Positions 1 through 7,217 of a stretch of 24,000 bases of DNA are shown here, one piece after another. Under the pieces are notes generated by a model that worked only from the letters and a program-made list of their open reading frames with translations, searched no databases and was not told the origin of the DNA. The position numbers and the translations under genes are program-made. How positions within the stretch are numbered: the stretch's first letter is position 1; each line of letters opens with the position of its first letter. The DNA comes from Vibrio phage nt-1, in sequence record HQ317393.2, one strand, 5' to 3'.

Positions 1-73
1 TTTGACTGAAGTCGCAATTGCGCTATCTGAACATATTGGGTTAACAGATTTATTTGGAGTGTATTCAAAATGA
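1..73 (+). CDS. C-terminal fragment of an upstream ORF (…LTEVAIALSEHIGLTDLFGVYSK*)
   Basis: Open frame from window start to TGA at 71-73, overlapping the ATG at 70 of the next gene (ATGA coupling). Confidence 0.55.
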   Translation, partial: LTEVAIALSEHIGLTDLFGVYSK

Positions 74-594
74 GTTGTGTTTGGATTACGAGTGACTTGC
101 ATTTAGGTCATCGTAACATTGGTAAATTTCGTGAAGGTATTGCAGACACTCAAGCGAATACAGATTGGATTGTTGACTTCTGGTTGAAGAACGTTCGCAA
201 ACGTGACACTGTAATCATGCTTGGAGATACTGCATTTACTGAAGAAGCAGTTGGTATTTTAGCAGGCCTGCCGGGTCGAAAAGTTCAGTACGGTGGTAAT
301 CATGATGACTTGCCTGTAACGAGCTACATGCGTGCATTTGACGTAATTCGCGGCTGTGAGAAGTTCAAAAAGCTAGGTTGGCTTAGTCATTTCCCATTGC
401 ATCCTGCTGAGTTGCGTGGTCATTTTAGCATTCACGGTCACGTGCATTACGAAACGATTGACGACTATCGTTATGTAAACGTTTGCTGTGACAATCTACA
501 GCGTAACATCGGTCAGCCGATGATTCGTTTAACTGATTTGCGTCAGCTTCTTGACAAGCGTCGTGTGTCTAAAGAGGTCAGTTACGACTTCTAG
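70..594 (+). CDS. Calcineurin-like metallophosphoesterase
   Basis: 174 aa; motifs SDLHLGH, GDTAF, GNHD, HGHVH typical of metallophosphoesterases. Confidence 0.9.
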   Translation: MSCVWITSDLHLGHRNIGKFREGIADTQANTDWIVDFWLKNVRKRDTVIMLGDTAFTEEAVGILAGLPGRKVQYGGNHDDLPVTSYMRAFDVIRGCEKFKKLGWLSHFPLHPAELRGHFSIHGHVHYETIDDYRYVNVCCDNLQRNIGQPMIRLTDLRQLLDKRRVSKEVSYDF

Positions 595-607
595 CACATA
601 GTCTATC

Positions 608-656
608 TGCATGAACATCTAAATACTGGTATGGTATTAAGAGTGGTGTTCATGCA
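608..656 (+). promoter_or_regulatory. Inverted repeat enclosing a late-promoter-like element upstream of ORF 659
   Basis: TGCATGAACATC (608-619) pairs with GGTGTTCATGCA (645-656), 12 bp with one T-G wobble; the loop holds the rest of CTAAATACT (619-627). Confidence 0.6.
619..627 (+). promoter_or_regulatory. Putative T4-type late promoter -10 (CTAAATACT)
   Basis: Resembles the T4 late consensus TATAAATA; lies 32 nt before ATG 659. Confidence 0.45.
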
Positions 657-658
657 CT

Positions 659-1504
659 ATGATAGATGTTTTGTTGAGATATGACGCAAGGATCATCAAT
701 AGTCGGAAGATCGTTATCTACACAGATGACAATCGTCTTAGTCTTATTGTGAAACTCGCGAACGAACTCGACGGAACGTACAAGAAGTGCGATCCTGGCA
801 GTTCAATTGGTTGTATACAGATGGAAAAATGCAGAGTATACGTCAAGCCAACATCTAATCCCGGTATCGAGAATGAACGCAATTTCTATACTATTGTAAA
901 GCAACACATTGATTCTGGCTGTACGCGGATTAATATTGGTGGGCGTCTTATAAAAGGTGTTCAGTCGATTGAAATGACTGGACATGACACGAAAAATAAT
1001 AAGAAAGCTGATATGGTCTTGAAAACGACCAAAGGCGAATTCCCAATTTCAATTAAAAAGCAAAACGCAGAGCGTTGGGCGAGTACTGATGTAATTCATG
1101 GCAAAGAAGCTTGCAAGCTACTGGATGATATGGTAGCTAAACGAATTGTTACATTATCTGACTTTTCAGATGATGGTAAAGTCAAGCGTCTAAGTCAACC
1201 AATTGCTCGACGACTACGCGAAGATGAGATTGACCATGTTGTATTTGGGTCTGATATTCTCAACAACGGCTTGGTCATTGTAAATAGCTTTACTCTAGAT
1301 GATTTTGCAATCAAGCGCGGTACATTACATATTAGCGGTGAAATACTGTTGAATTCAAATGATGTAAAAGACACTATATATCACCCATATATGATGATTA
1401 GAAATGATGCATGTCGCCGTTCAAAGGCATTGCCTTATGGTGTGCGTGTTGAGGTTGTATTCGAATCAAGAATTACGAAAAATACGATTGTTTACGAGGA
1501 GTAG
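659..1504 (+). CDS. Phage protein with a PD-(D/E)XK nuclease-like signature (putative)
   Basis: 281 aa; KKADMVLKTTKGEFPISIKKQNAERW resembles the D…(S/E)xK core of PD-(D/E)XK folds with an S-I-K variant. Confidence 0.5.
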   Translation: MIDVLLRYDARIINSRKIVIYTDDNRLSLIVKLANELDGTYKKCDPGSSIGCIQMEKCRVYVKPTSNPGIENERNFYTIVKQHIDSGCTRINIGGRLIKGVQSIEMTGHDTKNNKKADMVLKTTKGEFPISIKKQNAERWASTDVIHGKEACKLLDDMVAKRIVTLSDFSDDGKVKRLSQPIARRLREDEIDHVVFGSDILNNGLVIVNSFTLDDFAIKRGTLHISGEILLNSNDVKDTIYHPYMMIRNDACRRSKALPYGVRVEVVFESRITKNTIVYEE

Positions 1505-1507
1505 CTA

Positions 1508-2332
1508 ATGGCTATCAAAGATAAATTGGAAGAACTTATTGCGTCGGTTCACCAATGTACTACAAAAGACGGTGTAGTTGAGATCGAAAAACTATACACT
1601 AAGAAAAAAAGCGAACTTGGTGCTAACATCACTCCGATGATGGACATTCGTGTTCGTGACGCGATTCGTGGTAAAATCACGATGTTTGACAAAGAAAGCA
1701 ACGCAGAAAAAGAAGAAGCAGCAATGAAGAAGCAGCAACAAGAAGCTGAAGCAATTGCAGCTAAACTTGATGAAGGCTTGTTCGTCGTGTCTGAGAAAGA
1801 ATTCTTTGAGCATGACACTGTTGTCAATGAGTGTGCTATCGATGCTGCTTGTATTATGGATATAGATGCATCAATCCCTTCAGTTGGTCACAAAGAACTG
1901 ACTAAGACCCTATCTGAAGCGTGTGATCACGTAGGCGCAGTCGGTAAAGTATTTGTTCCAGAATCACATAATCACGTCTTGTCACTACAAGAGCGCGTTG
2001 AGATCATCGAATCGTTCTCTGATGTTGACGTTGCAGAAAAAGGTGTGATGTTCTCTGAAGTTGAAAACATGATTCAGCGTGGTATTACTCGCGTGTTTGC
2101 ATTTGTCGAGTCCGAGAAAGTAGCGGAATATCGTCGTCTTGGTCGTCACTTCTTACGAGTTGGCGGTACACGATTTGAAATCGTTGAAGTTAAGAACAAA
2201 GTACCATCTTCTGTTATTGACAATCTAATCCGCGAAGACAATCTAACTGAATTCTTCCGAAGCGTACCGATGCCGCTTGCAGAAGCAGAGAAGATCTTTG
2301 ATCGTCATATTGAACAATTCTTGGGGGCGTAA
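1508..2332 (+). CDS. Protein with a degenerate nucleotidylyltransferase-like C-terminal half
   Basis: 274 aa; SIPSVGHKEL…GKVFVPESHNHVLSLQERVEIIESF…RGITRVFAFVESEKVAEYRRL resembles the PPTxGH…NPLS…GSDR layout of phage cytidylyltransferase-like proteins, but key residues differ. Confidence 0.45.
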   Translation: MAIKDKLEELIASVHQCTTKDGVVEIEKLYTKKKSELGANITPMMDIRVRDAIRGKITMFDKESNAEKEEAAMKKQQQEAEAIAAKLDEGLFVVSEKEFFEHDTVVNECAIDAACIMDIDASIPSVGHKELTKTLSEACDHVGAVGKVFVPESHNHVLSLQERVEIIESFSDVDVAEKGVMFSEVENMIQRGITRVFAFVESEKVAEYRRLGRHFLRVGGTRFEIVEVKNKVPSSVIDNLIREDNLTEFFRSVPMPLAEAEKIFDRHIEQFLGA

Positions 2333-2811
2333 TGAGTATTGCAAAACGCGGTGCTGATGGGTTTTATGCTCTTCGTCTATCTCGCTTGCTTCATCTACGT
2401 TTCGAACGCTGGGAAGCATATCGTTTAGGCATCATTGATGCTAACGGCAAGAAGCTACGCGACCCTGAGACAGCACAAGAGAAAAGCAACTGGACTATGT
2501 TTCATGTCACTGTTCGTAATATCAAGCGTATGGTGAATGCATTGCCGGGCGGTAGAACTGCACTTGATTACGGTGCGTCGTATCTTCTGTTGATTGAGCT
2601 TGCTAAAGAATATGGATTGTCAGATGATTTCGCTGATGAGTGTATTCGCGTTGAAGAATCGATGGTAGCTGGCGACGCTGGTGATGGATCTAGTTCGCCT
2701 GAATCAATTGCATCTGGTGAAACCACTGGTGCTGTTACAAATCCGGGACCTGAAACTCTCGGTAAGAAAAAGAAGAAAAAGAAACTGAAGAAATTCAGAC
2801 ACTTTGATTGA
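2332..2811 (+). CDS. Small phage protein with Lys-rich C-terminus
   Basis: 159 aa; TAATG overlap with the previous gene; C-terminus LGKKKKKKKLKKFRHFD. Confidence 0.75.
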   Translation: MSIAKRGADGFYALRLSRLLHLRFERWEAYRLGIIDANGKKLRDPETAQEKSNWTMFHVTVRNIKRMVNALPGGRTALDYGASYLLLIELAKEYGLSDDFADECIRVEESMVAGDAGDGSSSPESIASGETTGAVTNPGPETLGKKKKKKKLKKFRHFD

Positions 2812-2812
2812 T

Positions 2813-2837
2813 AAAAGCCCCGTTTTAGGGGCTTTTT
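2813..2837 (+). terminator. Rho-independent terminator
   Basis: AAAAGCCCC-GTTTTA-GGGGCTTTTT immediately after stop codon 2809-2811. Confidence 0.9.
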
Positions 2838-2858
2838 AATGTTTATCGTATCGTGACG

Positions 2859-2879
2859 CCGTGTATAATGTCTACACGG
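2859..2879 (+). promoter_or_regulatory. -10 element TATAAT (2864-2869) within a 7-bp perfect inverted repeat
   Basis: CCGTGTA-TAATGTC-TACACGG; the SD GGAGG (2878-2882) starts in the right arm; ATG at 2890. The -35 is weak (GTTTAT at 2841-2846). Confidence 0.5.
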
Positions 2880-2889
2880 AGGTAATATT

Positions 2890-3948
2890 ATGCAAATTCT
2901 CGTTGATATACAATACGCAAAGATGCTTCAGCATCGTTTGCTACTCCCTAAGGTTCATAGTAACCGTCCCTTCAAAATCAATGCTCGTTGCCCGATTTGC
3001 GGCGACTCAAAAAAGAACAAATATAAGACTCGTTTTTGGATCAATGAAGTAAAGACTAAAACTGGTATGTTGCATTTGCGCTGTTCTTGTTGGAACTGCG
3101 ATTACAACGAATCACTATACACGTTTTTGCAAGATCATGAGCCTGCTTTGTTCGCACAATATCGCGTTGATCTATTCAAAGAACGAAACTCGCGTGAGCG
3201 TAAAGAGCGCGAGTCAGAACCAGTCGAAGAAAAGAAAGAAGCGACTGTAATCGAGAAAGAGCAAGAAGAACAATTGTTCTATAACATCACTGCACTGAAA
3301 GAAGGTCACGTGATGCACAAATATCTTGAGTCTCGTAAAATCCCGAAAGACAAGTGGAATTTGCTTGGCTTTACTCGTGGGTGGTCGCAAATGGCTAAGA
3401 CACTTAGACCAGACTTGTACGAAGGCGAAATCAAACAAGATCACCCTCGATTAGTTATTCCGATTTACAATAAAGACGGGTTGGTTGCAGTTCAAGGTCG
3501 TGCGCTGACAAACAAACACGCTCAGCGTTACATGACGATCAAAATCGACGACGATTTCAACAAGATTTATGGCACAGAACGAATTAATGAAGATGACCCT
3601 GTTATTTTCGTTGAGGGTCCGATTGATAGTTTATTCCTATACAATTGCTGTGCTATAGTAGGTGGACAAGTGAGTCCAGCGAACGCACCGTATGCTGGCA
3701 ATCGCATATGGGCACTTGATAATGAGCCGCGTCACCCTGACGTTGTAAAGCGTCTTCAAGTTCTGATACGAGCTGGTGAGCGCGTTGTAATATGGGATAA
3801 ACTTCCGCCACAAATCATCGGTAAGAAAGACATCAATGATTTTGTGAAAGCTGGCGTATCTGCTGAGTTTATTCAGCAATACATTTATGAAAATGCTGTT
3901 AGCGGTCTAATGGCAACAAACAGATTGAATCGTTGGAAAAAAGTTTAA
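2890..3948 (+). CDS. 61: T4 gp61-like DNA primase
   Basis: 352 aa; Zn-finger CPICGDSKKNKYKTRFWI…CSCWNC, and TOPRIM-like FVEGPIDSLFL. Confidence 0.9.
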   Translation: MQILVDIQYAKMLQHRLLLPKVHSNRPFKINARCPICGDSKKNKYKTRFWINEVKTKTGMLHLRCSCWNCDYNESLYTFLQDHEPALFAQYRVDLFKERNSRERKERESEPVEEKKEATVIEKEQEEQLFYNITALKEGHVMHKYLESRKIPKDKWNLLGFTRGWSQMAKTLRPDLYEGEIKQDHPRLVIPIYNKDGLVAVQGRALTNKHAQRYMTIKIDDDFNKIYGTERINEDDPVIFVEGPIDSLFLYNCCAIVGGQVSPANAPYAGNRIWALDNEPRHPDVVKRLQVLIRAGERVVIWDKLPPQIIGKKDINDFVKAGVSAEFIQQYIYENAVSGLMATNRLNRWKKV

Positions 3949-4559
3949 TGAAGATCATTTACCTCCCTCACTACAAAGAAAACAAAGAACTTGGGCTTGA
4001 AGCAATTGACAAACTAAGCGTCAAAGATCCAGATGATGCAGGTATTGATCTGCGTGCTGCGATTCGAGGCACACTTGTTCTAAACCCAGGTGAATCATAC
4101 GTAATCCCATCTGGTGTTAAGATTCACATCGGCTCACATGATCTGCACAAGAAAAACATTGTCCTAAGCAAGCTTGAGTCATTTTTTGATCGCACACTAC
4201 GTGCTCTATCAAATCGAAATGATGTTCAACCGTTGTTCGACGTTGTATCGAATATTTTGAAGCGTGACAAAGACGAAATCGGTGTATACGGTGCGATTGC
4301 TCCGCGCAGTGGTCTTGGATTTAAGCACTTCTTACGACTTGCGAACACAATCGGTATCATTGACGCGAACTATCAAGGTGAAATCATGATCAAGATTCGC
4401 AATGAAGGTGACGACGTGTTAACGATTGAGCGCGGTGATCGTATTTGTCAGTTGATTTTCCACACGTATGTTAAGAACGTCACGTTTGAAGAAGTTGAAG
4501 ACTTCGATGAAGAAACTGAACGTGGTGAAGGCGGGTTTGGTCGTAGCGGGGTGAAATAA
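3948..4559 (+). CDS. dut: dUTP diphosphatase (dUTPase)
   Basis: DDAGIDLRA, APRSGLGFK, GIIDANYQGEI, RGDRICQLIF motifs. ATG 3948 overlaps the primase TAA; the ORF track begins at an upstream TTG (3933). Confidence 0.93.
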   Translation: MKIIYLPHYKENKELGLEAIDKLSVKDPDDAGIDLRAAIRGTLVLNPGESYVIPSGVKIHIGSHDLHKKNIVLSKLESFFDRTLRALSNRNDVQPLFDVVSNILKRDKDEIGVYGAIAPRSGLGFKHFLRLANTIGIIDANYQGEIMIKIRNEGDDVLTIERGDRICQLIFHTYVKNVTFEEVEDFDEETERGEGGFGRSGVK

Positions 4560-4786
4560 TGCTAGATGTGCAAGATATTTTAGGCGAATATCATACAATA
4601 TTGTTTGACGAGCGCGTTGAAGCCGCGCTCCGAATGGATATTGCTCGTGATCAAGAACAGAAAGACAAGATGATTGGTAGTCTTCGATACACACTTGGTC
4701 AAATTCAACAACAACAAAGAATGATTGACAGCAAACTTGCGTTGCTTCATTCATTACTAGATTTGAAGCAAAAGGTAACAGCATGA
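4559..4786 (+). CDS. Small hypothetical phage protein
   Basis: 75-aa ORF coupled on both sides; Q-rich helical tail. Confidence 0.65.
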   Translation: MLDVQDILGEYHTILFDERVEAALRMDIARDQEQKDKMIGSLRYTLGQIQQQQRMIDSKLALLHSLLDLKQKVTA

Positions 4787-5466
4787 CAGCTCCGATTGAT
4801 ATTATCATTGACTACGAAGGTCTGAACGTAACACCAGATGCAGCAGTAATCGAACTCGGCGCTGTTGCGTTCGAGCATGATTTTGAAAAAGTGCCAAACT
4901 ACCAAGAGCTTGTTCAAAACGGATTTCGTTGTAAGTTCGACATCAAGCATCAGAAAGGTCGTCGTTCAATCAACAAAGCAACTGTAGAGTGGTGGAAATC
5001 GCAGTCTGAAGAAGCAAAGGCGATTCTTATCCCGTCTGGTAGCGACGTGTCTGTTGAAGAAGGTCATCGACTGTTCATTGAATGGATCGAGAACAACACT
5101 GGTTACAACGGTAAGTCACATTTCTACTGTCGTGGTAATAACTACGATATCCCGCTAATGGCAGATTGTTTCAGAGACGTTGGTCTCCGCCATGCAATCG
5201 TTGAGCGATTCTGGAAATTCCGTGACGTGCGTACTCGTATTGAGTCATTGATGTTGCAACGTGATATGACAAAAGTGCCAGTTAAGCGCGACTTAATGCC
5301 GGGTTTCATTCACCACAACGGTATTCATGACTGTGCGAAAGATGCAATGATGCTTATTCTAGCAGCGCGTTACGCACTTGATCTAGAAGAACTACCCGAG
5401 AAAATGGAATGTCATGAAGTCTCGGTTGACTTCACTGACGAAGAGAAAGAGGAACTTGGTCTATGA
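4783..5466 (+). CDS. dexA: DexA-like 3'-5' exonuclease (DEDD family)
   Basis: IIIDYEGLNVTPDAAVIELGAVAF…FYCRGNNYDIPLM…HDCAKDAMMLILAARY; D/E-D-D layout. Confidence 0.85.
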   Translation: MTAPIDIIIDYEGLNVTPDAAVIELGAVAFEHDFEKVPNYQELVQNGFRCKFDIKHQKGRRSINKATVEWWKSQSEEAKAILIPSGSDVSVEEGHRLFIEWIENNTGYNGKSHFYCRGNNYDIPLMADCFRDVGLRHAIVERFWKFRDVRTRIESLMLQRDMTKVPVKRDLMPGFIHHNGIHDCAKDAMMLILAARYALDLEELPEKMECHEVSVDFTDEEKEELGL

Positions 5467-5624
5467 TGATCGCAGTACATTTGCTTTCGCAAGCAAAGCC
5501 AGTTGTTCATGACAACGTAAAGAACGCTTATACCAAAGATGGTCTTTACTGTTTGATGATGAATGACGGCGTGGTTTACAAGTACCCACTGATCAATATT
5601 TTCCGAATTACAGAAAATATGTAA
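5463..5624 (+). CDS. Small hypothetical protein (53 aa), not in supplied ORF track
   Basis: ATG 5463 overlaps the dexA TGA; MMIAVHLLSQAKPVVHDNVKNAYTKDGLYCLMMNDGVVYKYPLINIFRITENM*. Confidence 0.65.
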   Translation: MMIAVHLLSQAKPVVHDNVKNAYTKDGLYCLMMNDGVVYKYPLINIFRITENM

Positions 5625-5631
5625 AAAGTAC

Positions 5632-5660
5632 TTGCGTTGTTGATGTGACTTGTGTATTAT
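5632..5660 (+). promoter_or_regulatory. Sigma70-like early promoter (TTGCGT-17-TATTAT)
   Basis: -35 5632-5637, -10 5655-5660, spacer 17; shares AAAAAGTRCTTGCR with the promoter at 23637-23650. Confidence 0.7.
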
Positions 5661-5675
5661 ACTCACATCAACAAC
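5636..5675. promoter_or_regulatory. 13-bp perfect inverted repeat with the -10 box in its loop
   Basis: GTTGTTGATGTGA (5636-5648), 14-nt spacer, TCACATCAACAAC (5663-5675). Confidence 0.85.
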
Positions 5676-5689
5676 GAAAAGAGAACATT

Positions 5690-5914
5690 ATGAGACACAC
5701 ACTTGATTTCAAACATGTATGGTTTGTCGTTGAAATTAAAAAGCGAAAAATCGTTGCATTTGAAGAGCACGACATGTATGCTGGTGGTCAATTAAAACTA
5801 CCGACAGATAGAAATGTCACTGAATGGGTTCGTGCTAAGATGCATGGTCGCGTTCACGGTGAAGTGATGATCGACAAGATTGACACTTTCCTAGAAGAGC
5901 ATGTCGATCAATAG
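5690..5914 (+). CDS. Hypothetical early phage protein
   Basis: ATG 5690 follows AAAAGAG; 74 aa MRHTLDFKHVWFVVEIKK…. Confidence 0.75.
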   Translation: MRHTLDFKHVWFVVEIKKRKIVAFEEHDMYAGGQLKLPTDRNVTEWVRAKMHGRVHGEVMIDKIDTFLEEHVDQ

Positions 5915-5922
5915 GTGATACT

Positions 5923-6312
5923 ATGAATCTTCATACAAATCTACATAAATGGCGACAATTCTCGTACGAGCTTAGTAACCATGCTCTTGAGAAGCAAAAA
6001 GGTCTAGTTGGTACAGTAACGTTCGTCATGAAGAAACATTTTACGCATCGCGTCATTGATAGATTCGTCCCTGGCGAATACAAAACAATCCGTCGTATGT
6101 TATATCATGTTGTAAATCAGAATATGTGTGAATTATTATTCTGGTATTACAGTGATATTCAGAAAGATGTTGCAATTAAGCGTGATGATCTGTATATTAT
6201 ATTGACACGCGGTAGAGATTGTTTTTTATTAACAACTATCTATCGTTCTGAGAGAGAAGATAACGACAAATTCTTCTTGATTGATTTGAATAAAAAATGG
6301 AGTAAAGCGTGA
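5923..6312 (+). CDS. Hypothetical phage protein
   Basis: 129-aa ORF, coupled to the next gene. Confidence 0.75.
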   Translation: MNLHTNLHKWRQFSYELSNHALEKQKGLVGTVTFVMKKHFTHRVIDRFVPGEYKTIRRMLYHVVNQNMCELLFWYYSDIQKDVAIKRDDLYIILTRGRDCFLLTTIYRSEREDNDKFFLIDLNKKWSKA

Positions 6313-6758
6313 AAGGTTACGTGTTTGTGAATCGTTACTGTACTGGTATTCAAGCTGGTATTCAAGGTGCTCATGGTCTATTGCGTCTAGCACGTAATCA
6401 TCAAGATGGTGATGACTTTGATCTATGGTTGAATGATCACGAGACGATTGTTATGTTGTCTGCTGCTGGTCACGAACATCTGAAAGAAATCGAAGAGCAA
6501 TTGAAAGCATTCGATTGTATCGATGAAGTCGTTTCATTCCAAGAAGAAGGGTTGAATTTCGCTTATACTTCTGTTGCTTTTATCGGTAATCGTGAGTTAA
6601 TGGCAGCTCAAGAAGACATGAAAGCGTGGCGTGATGATCGTCGTAAAGGTGTAGCGATTAAACGCGAAGACTTTGAAGACGAAATGTTCTTCAAATACGG
6701 CACAGAACTGTTTGAACTAGTACAATATCTAGAGGGGTTTAGATCACACAATGGCTAA
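6309..6758 (+). CDS. Hypothetical phage protein (GTG start)
   Basis: 149 aa; GTG 6309 overlaps the upstream TGA, GGAG 6298-6301 as SD. Confidence 0.8.
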   Translation: MKGYVFVNRYCTGIQAGIQGAHGLLRLARNHQDGDDFDLWLNDHETIVMLSAAGHEHLKEIEEQLKAFDCIDEVVSFQEEGLNFAYTSVAFIGNRELMAAQEDMKAWRDDRRKGVAIKREDFEDEMFFKYGTELFELVQYLEGFRSHNG

Positions 6759-6975
6759 TTTAAAACTGACTACAGCTTCACGTTTCGACGAGCTAATGAC
6801 GCAAAAAGGCGTAGATGTTAAAAACAGCACATCTGGTCCCGAGTTCATCACGACTGTTTACAAGAACGGTGAACTAATCGCTGAACGAGTTCTATACGTG
6901 TCTCAAGCTGAACACTTTGAATTGCAACTTCCTCAAGCAGTGAAATCTGCTAGAAAAGTTAGCAAACTCCCGTAA
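6751..6975 (+). CDS. Hypothetical phage protein
   Basis: 74-aa ORF overlapping the previous gene by 8 nt. Confidence 0.7.
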   Translation: MANLKLTTASRFDELMTQKGVDVKNSTSGPEFITTVYKNGELIAERVLYVSQAEHFELQLPQAVKSARKVSKLP

Positions 6976-7011
6976 AAACTGTTTAATATATGAATTTGTG
7001 AGTGTAATATT

Positions 7012-7197
7012 ATGAAATCTAAAGGGTTTACTCTTATTGAACTGCTTGTTGTCATCGTAATTCTTGGTATTCTAGCATCTGTTGGTGCTGGTGCGTTGGG
7101 AATTGGCGAGACAGCAACGCTGACAACAACTGATACTCAATCTGTGCAATACGAGATTGACGGTCAACTAATGCAATGTACTCCTGTGTGGGAGTAA
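7012..7197 (+). CDS. Type IV pilin/pseudopilin-like small membrane protein
   Basis: MKSKG|FTLIELLVVIVILGILA: class III prepilin signal, E5 and hydrophobic helix; 61 aa total. Confidence 0.75.
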   Translation: MKSKGFTLIELLVVIVILGILASVGAGALGIGETATLTTTDTQSVQYEIDGQLMQCTPVWE

Positions 7198-7217
7198 AAA
7201 TAGAATGAAGGTAATTG

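Noticed and set aside
2761-2795. Purine-rich GAAAAAGAAGAAAAAGAAACTGAAG tract as a possible repeat or slippage site
   Set aside because: Explained by the Lys-rich tail of the coding frame; the frame continues to a normal stop and terminator, with no sign of an alternative frame product.
6983-7011. AT-rich TAATAT…ATATTA upstream of the pilin-like ORF as a regulatory hairpin
   Set aside because: Only about 6 A/T pairs; expected by chance in this composition.
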